A DNA stretch of 64,000 nt from Eledone cirrhosa (lineage: Eukaryota): the NCBI GenBank assembly GCA_964016885.1, contig OZ024756.1:40300001-40364000 (forward strand). Direction: 5' to 3'. Both the position numbers and the translations under genes were made by a program. The notes below the pieces were generated by a model. It was not told the DNA's origin. It was given only the letters and a program-made list of their open reading frames with translations, and did not search any database. Positions 28,662-42,899 of the stretch are shown here, one piece after another (the first letter of the stretch is position 1; every line of letters begins with the position of its first letter).

Positions 28662-28800
28662 TAATTATCTTATGTTGTTTATTACATAACTAATAAGCTC
28701 TGTAGCCTACATAGAACACTCTCTTTTCCTTTACCTTTCCTACGGAAATACTTCATATATATATAAATGATGATGATGACGATGATTATATATAGATATA

Positions 28801-29582
28801 CACAGGTGTCACAAAAGTGACTATACACTTTCTTTTTTCTCTTTCTTTTCACGTAGTCTGAGGTCTTGAATACTCCACCACCACCACCACCACCAGCCCC
28901 ACCACCCGTTTATTAAACTTTGCTAATCAATGTAAATATTTCATATCAATACAGCAGCTGGAGAATCTAATAAGAATGTTATTTTACATTAAAAAAACAT
29001 TATATATGACAAAGAAAGAACATTACAAGAAATCCCATATTTACGAAGGTACACTATACAATTACCGTTTTCCCAAAACCCCAGTTCATAAGAATTTAAG
29101 CAAATGTCCAGCAGATATTTCAGAGAGTGATAGAGCTCTACATGTACCAACTTCAAATTGGTTAGACGCTTGAAGCAGAAGATTAAGATGCCCGTGTGTG
29201 GAAAGATGGGAATTACTCCTCCACCGTTAACAAAATGACCAAATTTGGAGAAAATTAGATACAGCAGAAGTTCTCGTCCCAAAGTGGCTGAAAGTTGTCG
29301 AAAATGGGGGAACCCATGTGGGAAGTATATAGCTAGCCATGTGGGAGGTATACAGCTAGTGGTCATGTGGGAATATATAACTAAACATGTGGGGGTTATA
29401 CAGCTAGCCATGTGGGAGTATATAACTAGCCATGTGGGAGTATATAACTATCCATGTGGCAGTTATACAGTTGTCATGCTGTTGAAACACGAGAGCAAGT
29501 TTAGAGAGTAAAGCTACGATGACTCCTTTGTTGATAAAAATAGTTTTTTAAAAAGTGTATAGTGACTTTTGAGAGACTGTGT
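28801..29582. mobile_element. Internally deleted Tc1/mariner-like DNA transposon
   Basis: Imperfect TIRs cacaggtgtcacaaaagtgactatacacttt and aaagtgtatagtgactttttgagagactgtg in TA-rich flanks; no intact transposase. Confidence 0.6.
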
Positions 29583-29891
29583 GTATATATATATACAGCG
29601 AGAGAGAGTCAGACAGATATATATATACACATATATATGTATATATACAGAAAGAGAGCGAGAGAGAATCAGACAGATATATATATATATACACAGAAAG
29701 AGATAAAGATATATATATATATATACACAGAAAGAGATAAAGATATATATATATATATATATATATATTGAGATAGAGAGAGAGAGAGAGAGCAATAGGC
29801 AGTTTTTAATGTGTGTTAAAGAGAAAAAAAAGAGATTGTGAGTGAGAGTGAGAAAAAGAGGTGTAAGGTCGAGAGAGTGAGGTGTAAGGTC

Positions 29892-29923
<32 letters not shown>

Positions 29924-30647
29924 GGTGTGCAGGGGTGTGTTGATTACCTACTCACCAGAGAAGGGAGGTTGACAGCTAAATGATACCAACCATACATAAC
30001 ATGTTTTTAAGCCTGACATCGGGTGGTGGGGTGTTCCCTTTTAAATGGTTCCCAATAGCCATAGGAACCATGTTTGCTGGTTTTGGGACTTCAGTAGAAT
30101 ATAGAGGGACTGTCAAAATAGTCTTTCGTTGAATTGAAAAAATTGGCCGAGAGAGGAGGAGAGAAAAAAAAGAAAAGAGAAAAAAAAACAAAAATATAAC
30201 AAAAAAATTATAACAATAAAACAACAAGAACAACAACAATGCAAGAAATAATTAAAATAATAATACTAATAATATACTACCAAAAAAAGTACATATATAC
30301 AAAAATGAAATCACAATAATGTAATTACAGAAATGAAATTAAAAAGAAAGAAGATGCAAATATATTTTTGTATGGCTGTAAATCATTAATATAAATGAAG
30401 AGCTGTTTCTATGTCTGTCTGTCCATCACACATAAGTGTATATAGAACTGAAGGAGTGAAAAGGGGAGGCAGCCCATTTTTTTAAGTTGAGAGAAAGGAG
30501 ACAACTTCTGTCATGCTTATAGTTTATTGCAAGCTTAAGAATCTACAAGGGTTAGAGGTAATAAGGTAGAGATATGTAGGAGGTGGGGGAGGAGCCAGTG
30601 TGTGTGTGGGGGGGATACTTGTCTATAATAAAGACTTCTGGGCCAGT

Positions 30648-31490
30648 ATTAACCCTTTCATTACCATATTTCTAATGAAAGACACTGTCTATGTCATTAA
30701 CCCTTTCATTACCATATTTCTAATGACACTGCCTATGTCATTAACCCTTTCATTACCATATTTCTAATGACACTGCCTATGTCATTAACCCTTTCATTAC
30801 CATATTTCTAATGAAAGACACTGCCTATGTCATTAACCCTTTCATTACCATATTTCTAATGAAAGACACTGCCTATGTCATTAACCCTTTCATTACCATA
30901 TTTCTAATGAAAGACACTGCCTATGTCATTAACCCTTTCATTACTATATTTCTAATGAAAGACACTGCCTATGTCATTAACCCTTTCATTACCATATTTC
31001 TAATGAAAGACACTGCCTATGTCATTAACCCTTTCATTACCATATTTCTAATGAAAGACACTGCCTATGTCATTAACCCTTTCATTACCATATTTCTAAT
31101 GAAAGACACTGCCTATGTCATTAACCCTTTCATTACCATATTTCTAATGAAAGACACTGCCTATGTCATTAACCCTTTCATTACCATATTTCTAATGAAA
31201 GACACTGCCTATGTCATTAACCCTTTCATTACCATATTTCTAATGAAAGACACTGCCTATGTCATTAACCCTTTCATTACCATATTTCTAATGAAAGACA
31301 CTGCCTATATCATTAACCCTTTCATTACCATATTTCTAATGAAAGACACTGCCTATGTCATTAACCCTTTCATTACCATATTTCTAATGAAAGACACTGC
31401 CTATGTCATTAACCCTTTCATTACCATATTTCTAATGAAAGACACTGCCTATGTCATTAATAACCATATTTCTAATGACACTGTCTATGA
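30648..31490. repeat. 48-bp minisatellite, about 17 near-identical copies
   Basis: Unit attaaccctttcattaccatatttctaatgaaagacactgcctatgtc. Confidence 0.95.
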
Positions 31491-31750
31491 TCGAGAATTC
31501 GCAAGTATTTAGGAATAATACTAACTTTCTCATTATTTAGCAGGTCTGATTGATGAGTTCTACCCCACTCGGTAAGCGAATGAAGTCTAAGATCTTGTTG
31601 ATCGCTGTATATATTCTTATAGTTATATCTGATTTTATATATATATACATATATGAAGTATTTCTGTAAGAAGGGTAAAGGAAAGGAGAGTGCTCTATGT
31701 ATACTACAGAGTTATTTAATTATGTAATAAACAACATAAGACAATTATTC

Positions 31751-31817
31751 CATTTACCAACGGTTTCATGAAGACAGACAAACTCAACAGAGACGTCTGA
31801 AATTGCTCATCAGAATA
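31751..31817 (-). ncRNA. Type I hammerhead motif, left arm of an inverted pair
   Basis: Reverse complement reads tatt-CTGATGA-gcaatttcagacgtctctgttgagtttgtctgtcttcat-GAAA-CCGTTGG-TA-aatg; the base of helix II is imperfect. Confidence 0.62.
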
Positions 31818-31835
31818 TATATATATATATATATA

Positions 31836-31900
31836 TATTCTGATGACCAATTTCAGACATCTCTGTTGAGCTCGTGTCTTCATGAAACCGTTGGTAAATG
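31836..31900 (+). ncRNA. Type I hammerhead motif, right arm of an inverted pair
   Basis: tatt-CTGATGA(31840-46)...GAAA(31884-87)-CCGTTGG-TA-aatg; same family as the 28.6-kb copy. Confidence 0.62.
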
Positions 31901-32114
31901 GAATAATTGTCTTATGTTGTTTATTACATAATTTAAAAACAAAATATATATATATATATACCTTTATTTATATGTTTTGAAATACATTCCTCTTCCTATT
32001 GAATACTTATTTTAGAAGATGTCAGCACTTAATATCCTGTAATGATTTAACAGAAAATATCTAAAAACGTGTTTATAAATTTAAATATATAGGATATACT
32101 TCACTATATATATA

Positions 32115-32217
32115 GAAATGACTTCTACAGGACTAGAACAGTTTCATTTGTATGAAATCATCACGGCATTCCTAATGTTTTCATATGAAACAGTTCTAGT
32201 ACTGTAGAAGTCATTTC
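32115..32217. repeat. Inverted repeat made of two decayed copies of the 47.6-kb hammerhead family
   Basis: gaaatgacttctacaggactagaacagtttcat / atgaaacagttctagtactgtagaagtcatttc. Confidence 0.8.
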
Positions 32218-34246
32218 CATTCATATAGTAAAGATGCCTATACTCTACCAATGTATTTTTTTAACAGTGGTTAACCCCCGACACAACTCACGAATCTAGA
32301 TATTATATATATTATAATATTATTATCAGCATAAAGTACCAGTCATGCACTAGGGTTGATTTAATCAACTTTCCCCTCCCCTAAAATTGCTGGCCTTGTG
32401 TCTAAATCAGAAACCATCATTATTACTATTATCAGCCTGGCTAAGTGGCCAAAAAATGAAAAACAAAACACTAGGTCTTTCATATTCAGTAGCATCTGTA
32501 GACACTGTGTTGGCATTAACGCCGGTTTAATTTCCTCCAAGACTTCCTATATTTGCCGATATATATCTATGTATGCAGAGATAGCAAGAAATAAAATTAC
32601 ATTACAAACAAACAAAAAAAATGTAGATATCTTCATATACATCAACCCAAAGTAATTAGTTTACTTGCATTAATTCTTGTTTCTCTCACAGAATAAATAG
32701 AGACTGCGAGTGAGAGGAGTCAATTATCTCAAACAGCGGTTATAAGAGACCCACACTGGGTTACCTCCCTTTGCCATCCAATAAGAGCCCCATGTCTGGT
32801 TACCTCCCCTTGTCATCCCATGTTTTCTTAATTCCTCCCACATTTTCAATTGTCATCTCATAATAATTATCTCACTAATATACTTTTACAGTGTCAATTA
32901 TTAAAACAATTTATTAAAGCAAATTCACTTTTTTTGTGAACAGTTAATTCCCAATCGTCCTTAGTTGAATAGATTTGTATTTCATTTGATAAACAAACGT
33001 ATTGTATATGGAAATTAGACAAGATCTTAAGTTTTAATAACATAACCGGGATATCTGGTTTACAATAGGTACACTGTACCCTTGTGTATACCTGGTTTAC
33101 AAGAGGTATACTGTATCCCTGTGTATACCTGGTTTATGCTAGGTACACTGTACCCCTGTGTGTATCTGGTTTACACTAGGTACACTGATCCATATAATTG
33201 TTTCTACTTTAGGCACAAGGCCAGCAATTACCCAGTGCATTACTGGTACTTTATTTTATCGACCCCGTTGGTGTGTATACACATACAAACTACATACCTT
33301 GTACACACACACGTAACACAGCATATAACATATACTCATAACACAACATACACACACACACAAACACATAAAATAACAACACAACACATACAACACACCA
33401 TTACACAAATTACAAAAAAAAAACGGAGTATTTCCAAGATGAATTCTTGTTGTTGTTGTTGTTAATGATGCCTTAATTTAAAACAATCAATTCACTTAGT
33501 TACCGTGCATCACATGTGTACGGGATGCATCTTAACTGCATCATATGTGCACGACACACATCTTAACTGCATCATATGTGCATGGCATGCATCTTAGCTG
33601 CACAAGACATGTTCTAAATACCAATCTAGCTGAAGTTTTCGAATTCTTCTTCCACCACCACCACCATACTATTATTACTATTACCACCACCACCACCACC
33701 ACACTATTACTATGACCACCACCACCATACTGTTACTATTACCATCACCACCACCACCACCATACTATTACTATTACCACCACCATACTGTTACTATTAC
33801 CACCACCACAACCACCATACTATTACTACCACCACCACCACCATCATACTATTACCACCACCACAACCACCATACTATTACCACCACCACAACCACCATA
33901 CTATTACCACCACCACAACCACCATACTATTACTACCACCTCCACCACCACCATCATACTATTACCACCCCCACCACCACCTCTGCAATTTTTCAGTTCA
34001 GTGTCTTTATATTTTTTTTTGCTTTGGAGTAAACTGATTTAAATATGGTGTGTGTGTGTGGGGGGGGGGGGGGGGGATTTATTCACATATACACCATACA
34101 CACACACCACATATACACATATATATATATATATACATATATATACACACACCACATATATATATACACACCACCACATATATATATATACACACACCAC
34201 CACATATATATATACACACACCACATATATATACACACACTACCAC

Positions 34247-34280
<34 letters not shown>

Positions 34281-35144
34281 CACCACATACATATATATAC
34301 ACACACACACCACATATATATATATACACACAACCACATTCATATATATACACACACCACATACATATATATATACACACACCACATATATATATAAACA
34401 CATGCCACAGACACACACATATATATACACACACCACATACATATATATACACATGCCACAGACACACACATATATATATAGTTAATAAATGAAACAAAC
34501 AAAACGCAAGAGGCAACTTTTACACAGCTATATTAGTTTCACGCTTGGTAAAGCAAACGACACAGTACAATGAAGAAAAAGTTTTATGCTTGATATATAT
34601 GATGATGATGATATATATATACACACACAAACCACACTAGATACATACACCATGTGACTGTGGGGTGTTGTGAGGTTGGAATTTATTGACAAACACATAC
34701 ATATACACACATCACACACACCACATACATATATATACACACACACACCATACACACACAAGTCATACATGTAGCACATAAACACAAACATTATAACTCT
34801 TTTGTTCACCATACTTCTAATGTTTTTCAAATAATTTAGAGTGATTTAGTGCACTAACTTTCACAATTCATGCCAGTGCTTGGAACATAACTTAAAGGTT
34901 TTTACATAAAATTATAATGAAATGTTTTTAGATAAATATAAACAGTTTTGTTCCACAGAAGCAGAAGAGATTTGGTAACAAAGGAGTTGTTAGATGTATT
35001 AAATTGTGTCTTCAAAATATGAGAGTGTATATACAAATATTTTAAGTTAGAGTGTATATATAAATAATCAAAGCTAACGCACATGATGGATGTATAAAGG
35101 TTTTAAGTTAGAGTGTATACTGTTCATTTTCCTGACATTTGAAT

Positions 35145-35915
35145 GGTCGGACGCCATGCTTTGCCTCATAGAGTTACGGCCATTGTCATTCTGAGTTCAA
35201 ATCCCGCCGAGGTTCACTTTGCCTTTCATCCTTACGGGGTCGATAAAATAAAGTACCAGTAATGTACTGGGTATTTGCTGGCCTTGTGCCAAAAGTAGAA
35301 ACAATTATTGTATCAACTATACATGCATCTTTGATGAGTTGTAGTGCACCTGAGCACTGTACACAATAATTTCTTTATTATTATATAAATAATCAAAGCT
35401 AACTCAGATGATGGATGTATAAATATCTTAAGTTTACAAACATTCAAAATATGAGAGTGTATACAGACCTGCCAACCTCTAAGATCCCAAAGAGGGAGTA
35501 CCTTGAAAAAAAGTGCCCCAAAATGGGGAGAATTTATACCCATTTCCACAAGAGAAGACATCTGTCACCCACCAGAGGATGGCTAGGAAATCTCCCTGTC
35601 TGATGGGGAGACAGGTCTGGTGTATATATAAATCAAAGCAAGCTAACCCAGCTGATGGATATATAAAGAGTTTAAGCTCACATTCATTCAAAATTCTAAA
35701 TTTGGGGAACACTTCATGAATATGATTGAATTATTATTTACATCTAGAGGGTCGGACGCCATGCTTTCTAGCATAGAGTTACGGCCCTTGTCATTCTGAG
35801 TTCAAATCCCGCCGAAGTTAACTTTGCCTTTCATCCTTACGGGGTCGATAAAATAAAGTACCAGTAATACACTAGGGTAATTGCTGGCCTTGTGCCGATA
35901 GTAGAAACAATTATT
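35145..35915 (+). mobile_element. Two SINE family B copies (35145-35310 and 35748-35915)
   Basis: ctgagttcaaatcccgccga...gcctttcatccttacggggtcgataaaataaagtaccag...gctggccttgtgcc..agtagaaacaatt. Confidence 0.8.
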
Positions 35916-36064
35916 AACATCTACTGACCGATAGGTAAGGCTTAAAAATGAGAGGAAAGTGGTTAATCTCACCTAGGTGTAATAACACACCTGTCCACCA
36001 CACAGCAGGTGTGAGTTCAAGTCACAAATGTGATACTGTCCACTTTTTGTCGTCTCTGAGGACC

Positions 36065-36960
36065 TTATAGGACCAAGTTACTAAACTATAGGACCAACTT
36101 ATTAAACTATAGAAGCGACTTATTAAACTATAGAAGCGACTTATTAAACTATAGAAGCGACTTATTAAACTATAGAAGCGACTTATTAAACTATAGAAGC
36201 GACTTATTAAACAATAGGACCGACTTATTAAACAATAGAAGCGACTTATTAAACTATAGAAGCGACTTATTAAACAATAGGACCGACTTATTAAACAATA
36301 GAAGCGACTTATTAAACAATAGGACCGACTTATTAAACAATAGGACCGACTTATTAAACAATAGGACCGACTTATTAAACAATAGAAGCGACTTATTAAA
36401 CTATAGAAGCGACTTATTAAACAATAGGACCGACTTATTAAACTATTTACAGTCAAACCTTTGTTGAAGCAGCTTTAAACAAACATACGTTCAAAATTAT
36501 TTTATTCATTTTTACTGCTTTCATGTAGGAGGGAAACATGTAGCTGTGATGTATCTTGTGTGGGAGAGTACAACCTTTCATGTAGAAGGGAAACATGTAG
36601 CTGTGATGTATCTTGTGTGGGAGAGTACAACCTTTCATGTAGGAGGGAAACATGTAGCTGTGATGTATCTTGTGTGGGGAGTACAGCTTTTCATGTAGGA
36701 GGGAAACATGTAGCTGTGATGTATCTTGTGTGGGGGAGTACAGCCTTTCATGTAGGAGGGAAACATGTAGCTGTGATGTATCTTGTGTGGGGGAGTACAG
36801 CCTTTAATGTAGGGGGAAACATGTAGCTGTGATGTATCTTGTGTGGGAGAGTACAACCTTTCATGTAGGAGGGAAACATGTAGCTGTGATGTATCTTGTG
36901 TGGGGGAGTACAGCCTTTCATGTAGGAAGGAAACATGTAGCTGTGATGTATCTTGTGGGG
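36065..36960. repeat. Adjacent minisatellites: 21-bp unit (36065-36445) and about 58-bp unit (36517-36960)
   Basis: Units cgacttattaaactatagaag and tttcatgtaggagggaaacatgtagctgtgatgtatcttgtgtggg... Confidence 0.92.
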
Positions 36961-37692
36961 GGGGGGGGGGCACATCTAGATAAGAACTAACTTGGACTGT
37001 AGTAACTTATCTAATCCATATCAGAACGGAAAGCAGACATATAATGATGGTGGTGATGGTGATGATGGTGGTGGTGGTGATGATTATGGCGGTGGTGGTG
37101 ATGATGATGGTGGTGATGGTGATGATGATGATGATGGTGATGATTTCTTGATTTAAGAAACTCTCAGGAGAGCTGGACAACAGAAGGTAGAGACCTGCTC
37201 AAGCAGTATTTCACCCTTTAACCCTTTAGCCCTTTACATTCCTCTAGATTTACGATATTTTTATGGTAAAGGCTTTAACTTGCATAATATTGATTCTATG
37301 AGATTTTGTCATTTATTTTGAGAGTGGTCGTGTTGGTGTCACAACAAAAAGTGACCAGTCCGTCTAACCCAAGCTAGTGTGGGAAAATGGACGTTAAATG
37401 GTGATGATGTGTGTATATATATATATATATAATTGTCACATGTGTACATACATGTGTGTGTGTGAGACATAATATATGATTGTCACACGTATATGTATAT
37501 ATATATATATATATATATGCATGTGTGATAGTCTATATGATCACCAGACATGTATATATATACATATATATGTATATATATATATATGCATGTGTGATAG
37601 TCTATATGATCATCAGTCATGTATACATATACATATATATATATATGTATATATATATATGCATGTGTGATAGTCTATATGATCATCAGACA

Positions 37693-37784
<92 letters not shown>

Positions 37785-38516
37785 ATAGTAAAAAGAGCAA
37801 GGGAGAGAGACACAAACACACACACAGAGCCTGTTTGTGTGTGTGTGTGTGTGCTGGAGGTTTGATGTATTTAAAGTGAAAGAGAAACTGAAGAAAGAAG
37901 TGAGGGTGAGGCAGAGAAAGAGGAGTGAGGGAGGGAGAGAGTGTATGAGGGAGAGAGAGAAAGAGATAAGATTCCATGGAAACGGAATGTAGAATTAATT
38001 TGTAAAGCGTTCAGACAAAAAAGCTATTTATTTGACCTGATCACAGATGAAGGAGGAATACAGAGGAGATCGATCACAGTCACCTACTTGGCCACAACAC
38101 ACACACACACATACTTACATAGGCACCAACACACACACACTTACATAGGCACCAACACACACACATACTTAGTCACCAACACACACACACTTACATAGGC
38201 ACCAACACACACACACACACACACATACTTACACAGGCACCAACACACACAACACACTTACATAGACACCAACAGACACACACACACACACATACTTACA
38301 CAGGCACCAACACACACAACACACTTACATAGGCACCAACACACACATACTTACATAGGCACCAACACACACACATACTTACATAGGCACCAACACACAC
38401 ACATACTTACATAGGCACCAACACACACACATACTTACATAGGCACCAACACACACATATACTTACATAGGCACCAACAGACACACACACACATACTTAC
38501 ACAGGCACCAACAGAC

Positions 38517-38550
<34 letters not shown>

Positions 38551-39089
38551 TTACATACATAATATACATATATATATTTACATACACATATCCATAGATA
38601 ATATATATATTTATATATTTATATATATATATATGATGATGATGATGATGATGATATATATATAACAAGATCCAATACATATATACACACACAAACATAT
38701 TCATATGAGATCAATAAAACTATAAACATATGGACCAATGTACACACACACACAGATATATACACACATTATATACATATATAAACACACACACACACAC
38801 ACATATATATAACACACATATATGTGGTTGGTGGATGATGATGATACCTTTCTGTATATTCTGTAAGAAATCCCTAAAAAAATTACAAAAGTCATGTTTT
38901 TTACAAGGATTTGAACTCGAGTTACAATGGAGTTATGGCATGGGATTTACATCTATATTGGTGCCAGGGAATGTTTGTCATAAATTAATATAAAGACCCA
39001 GAAATCCACGACCTGACACTGCCAATTGCATGAATATATATACACACACACATATATATATCTATATATATTCACACACACACACACAC

Positions 39090-39124
<35 letters not shown>

Positions 39125-39720
39125 GCATACACGTGTGTGTGTGTGTTAGGTTATATTGAAACATACGTACAGTAAAATCATGTTATAAGTCTAAATTGGT
39201 TTTTCACATATATATACACACACACATACACACATGCATGATGTATATACTTGTATATAAGCCGAGAAATATGTGACGAAAAAAGAAAAGAAATTGATGG
39301 TAACTAGGGGGTTGGCTTATATTCAAGGTCTATATTTGGCCTATTTAAATACAATGCTAAAATATCTGGAGTAGTTATTTTACAATGAAATTGAAAATGT
39401 AAATTAAACGAGTTATTAATTATTCTGTGAAATTTGTATATTAGAGCTATTTTTTCACACACGCTTTTATTTTCCTATTGTATAATAGCTTGATAATTTT
39501 TACCATTCCACCCGTCTCGCGTTGGTTCTGAAATTTGTGGTTTCTCTATGTCTTCTTATATGTTTTGAAGAAATCTAGGCTTCAAAACTTTCAGAAATTA
39601 TTCATTTTACTTAACTTTAGTTAACTGTGTGAAGGAACATGCCACCATGAGATATATGTAATTGTAAAAATCTACATGAAACTTTGATACTTGTACAACA
39701 TTAAATGTTTTCCCAGTTTT

Positions 39721-39946
39721 TTAACCTTTTAGCATTTAAACCGGCCATATCCAGCCAGAATTCTCTCACCTCTTTCTTTTCAAACTGGCTGTAACTGGCC
39801 ACTCATGCTGATGTTAAGGTATTGTTCTCAAAATAAATATCAAAATCTCATAGATTTAATGTTATGTGAGATAATTATGTGAGGTGAAGCCTTTACTACA
39901 AAAATACAATAGTAAATATAGAGTAATGTAAATGGTAAAGGGTTAA
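39721..39946. mobile_element. piggyBac-like MITE
   Basis: TTAA|ccttttagcattta ... taaatggtaaaggg|TTAA: TTAA at both ends with imperfect TIRs. Confidence 0.65.
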
Positions 39947-40356
39947 GGCATGCATTTCATTTGGTGTGTTTATGAAATAAAAAATCTGCTACATTCACGA
40001 GATAGCGCTATTGTTGTCTGCTAACCAAAAAAAAAAAAAAAAAGAAGCAAAGTACTCCCACATGTGAGTGGCCGGAAGTAAAAAAGATTATTTAGAGAAA
40101 CTTGTTGAAATTTTATATAACGGATGAAATGGTAAAAAAATTATTATGTAACAAAAACTATACCCCTAAACGACACCCAAAACATTTTATATACCAAATT
40201 ATTAAAACTTCATAAATATATTCTCCATTCACAAGAATTTCAAAACCAGACCATTTAAACATGTTGATTAGTAACGTCGACTCATACACAACGTCTGTAT
40301 TTTGGGCTATTTCTCACACATAAAATAGGAGTTTGTTTATATTCAAGTACATACAG

Positions 40357-40394
<38 letters not shown>

Positions 40395-40608
40395 GTATGT
40401 GCGTATGTAAAGGGAAAGAGAGACAACACTCCATTTTATAATTATTCTTACGTCTATATTTAAAAACCAGCCATGCTGTGTGTAAATGTGTCCGAAACGT
40501 TAAGACTCTTTCCTGTTATTTCAAGCGTTAAACTAATATATTTCTTCAATGTACTGTGTTGTTTTCTTTGTTATTTCCGTTTTCTTTTTACACACACGCA
40601 TACACACA

Positions 40609-40662
<54 letters not shown>

Positions 40663-41046
40663 TCACACAAAAATACACACAAGGATGATTCTGTACACAC
40701 ACATACAATAACAGAAAACAGACGATTCTATACACAAACACACATACATACAGATGACCGTATATATATATATATATACATACACACACACAAATCTATA
40801 CAACATATACACAAAGAAATCTACACAACACACACACAAACAGTAAGAAATCCATACAATACACACACACATACACACAAACAAATCCATATAATACATA
40901 AAGCACACACACACATACACACACAAACAAATCCATATAATACATAAAGCACACACACACACATACACACACAAACAAATCCATATAATACATAAAGCAC
41001 ACACACACACACATACACACACAAACAAATCCATATAATACATAAA

Positions 41047-41079
<33 letters not shown>

Positions 41080-41461
41080 AATCCATATAATACATAAAGC
41101 ACACACACACACCACACACAAAGAAATCGATGAACACACACACATACAAAAGAATGAGAATGTAATCAAGGTTTCACCCCCACCAACACCCTCAGATGAA
41201 GGAGGTAGAGAGAGAGGGGGAGGGGTGAGAGGGAGGGCGGGAGAGAAAATAATGAAGGCATCACTTCCCACCCTCAAAGAATGAGGATGAGATAAATATA
41301 TATAAATACAATTACTTTCTCTAAAATTTGTATTGACACGTAGGAGGGAGGGAGGGGAGAGGAAGGAGGAAGGGGAAGGTGAGGAGAGAGAGAGAGAGGA
41401 ATATAAGTGTAAAGAAAATGTAATGGTGGTAGTGGAGTAGATGAGATAAGATGTATGTATA

Positions 41462-41495
<34 letters not shown>

Positions 41496-41559
41496 GTCAT
41501 TTTTTTTTCCTCATGTTTACGTCTGCTTTTCCATGCTTGCCTTCTGTCTTCTTTCCTGC

Positions 41560-41805
41560 TTTCCTAAACTTTAGTTTTTTTCTAAGTTTACTCTCATCCC
41601 TTTTAATTGTAAATTCTGTTTCCACAACCGGAACTTATCCTCTAGTTCTTGTATGGATTCAGCTACAAGGACCAGATCATCAGCATAAAGAATTTCCCTT
41701 GTATAGCCAGTTTTAAACTCCTCTGTTATTGTTTGGAAAACTATTATGAACAGAATTGAGCTGAGGACTGAGCCACAGTTGATGGTTTCCACTGCTCTCA
41801 CAAGC
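41560..41805 (-). mobile_element. Degenerate RTE RT fragment
   Basis: [36 protein letters not shown]; same family as the 15.7-16.7 kb copy. Confidence 0.8.
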
Positions 41806-42899
41806 ATTCACCTAATTTTCTTAAAGATCACCAGATGACAGATCGACGTACACTGTCAAAGATCAACAAAAGCTAAATATAGCGACCTATACTTGGCTAG
41901 GAACTTCTCTTGTGGTTGTCTCACTAAGAAGAGGGCATTTTTTTTTACCCACTGCAATCTCTGATATTTATTTGTAAATATTACTATTGAAATAAAACAA
42001 ATTGTTTTGTAGAATGAGTTTTAGTCCCTCCAACTTACACTAATTTAGTTATTTCATACCTGAATGTCCAGATATATGAACAATCTAAATTAAAATATGG
42101 CTTAAACTTCCACAAATATTTGCTAAAAAATTGGAAACATTACTTGGTGATATAGCTACTGCACAACATTTGGTTGGAGTTCCCAGGGGTGGACTGTATA
42201 GAGATGATGTCCTCTTCACTTTCCACAACAACAATAACACACTCCTTTTAGGACGGGGATTGACATATGCAGCCAGGTTGGAAATGCTATCAGCCCTGAT
42301 ACAACATGTAATGTTTATATCAATATTCATATCAATATGGTGTTTGTATCAATGAAGTATTTGTATCAATGTTTATATCTATATGGTGTTTATATCAATA
42401 TTCATATCAATGTGGTGTTTATATCATTAATTATAATAGTTGATGAGTCAACAATACTAGACTCTACCTGAACCCCCACGTGCCAGTATACCAGTTATTC
42501 AACACTTCAATCCTATGTTTATATTATCTCATGTTGTTTTATTTTGTTCCATATCCACTGCTAGACACACCCAGGATTTTATTTACAATTTTAACCACAA
42601 TAAACAATCTTATCAGCACACCCACTACTACTTCACCATTATAATCTCTCTTGTTGTCACAAGGTTAAATGTGTCAGAGGTGGTGTAGAGTCGTTAGGGT
42701 GTCAGGTGTAGTCAGTGTGTCAGATGTAGAGTCGTTAGGGTGTCAGATGAAGTCGTTAAAGTGTCAGATGTAGTGTAGTGTAATGAATTATGTTTTGTTT
42801 TGGCTTTCTAGATTCTGGTTTCAAATCCTGCCAAAGTCAACTTTGCCTTTCATTCCCCCTGGGATCTATAAAATTAACTATAGAAGAATAGCGCTGCTG

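Noticed and set aside
30648-31490. CRISPR-like appearance of regular repeats (also 5.1, 36.1 and 55-57 kb)
   Set aside because: Units are head-to-tail or separated only by (TA)n. There are no unique spacers or cas genes, and the context is eukaryotic.
31541-31596. TTGATGA-gttc...gaat-GAAG hammerhead-like remnant (similar weak cases at about 1290-1345 and 40490-40530)
   Set aside because: Several core substitutions or a missing half; too degenerate to support.
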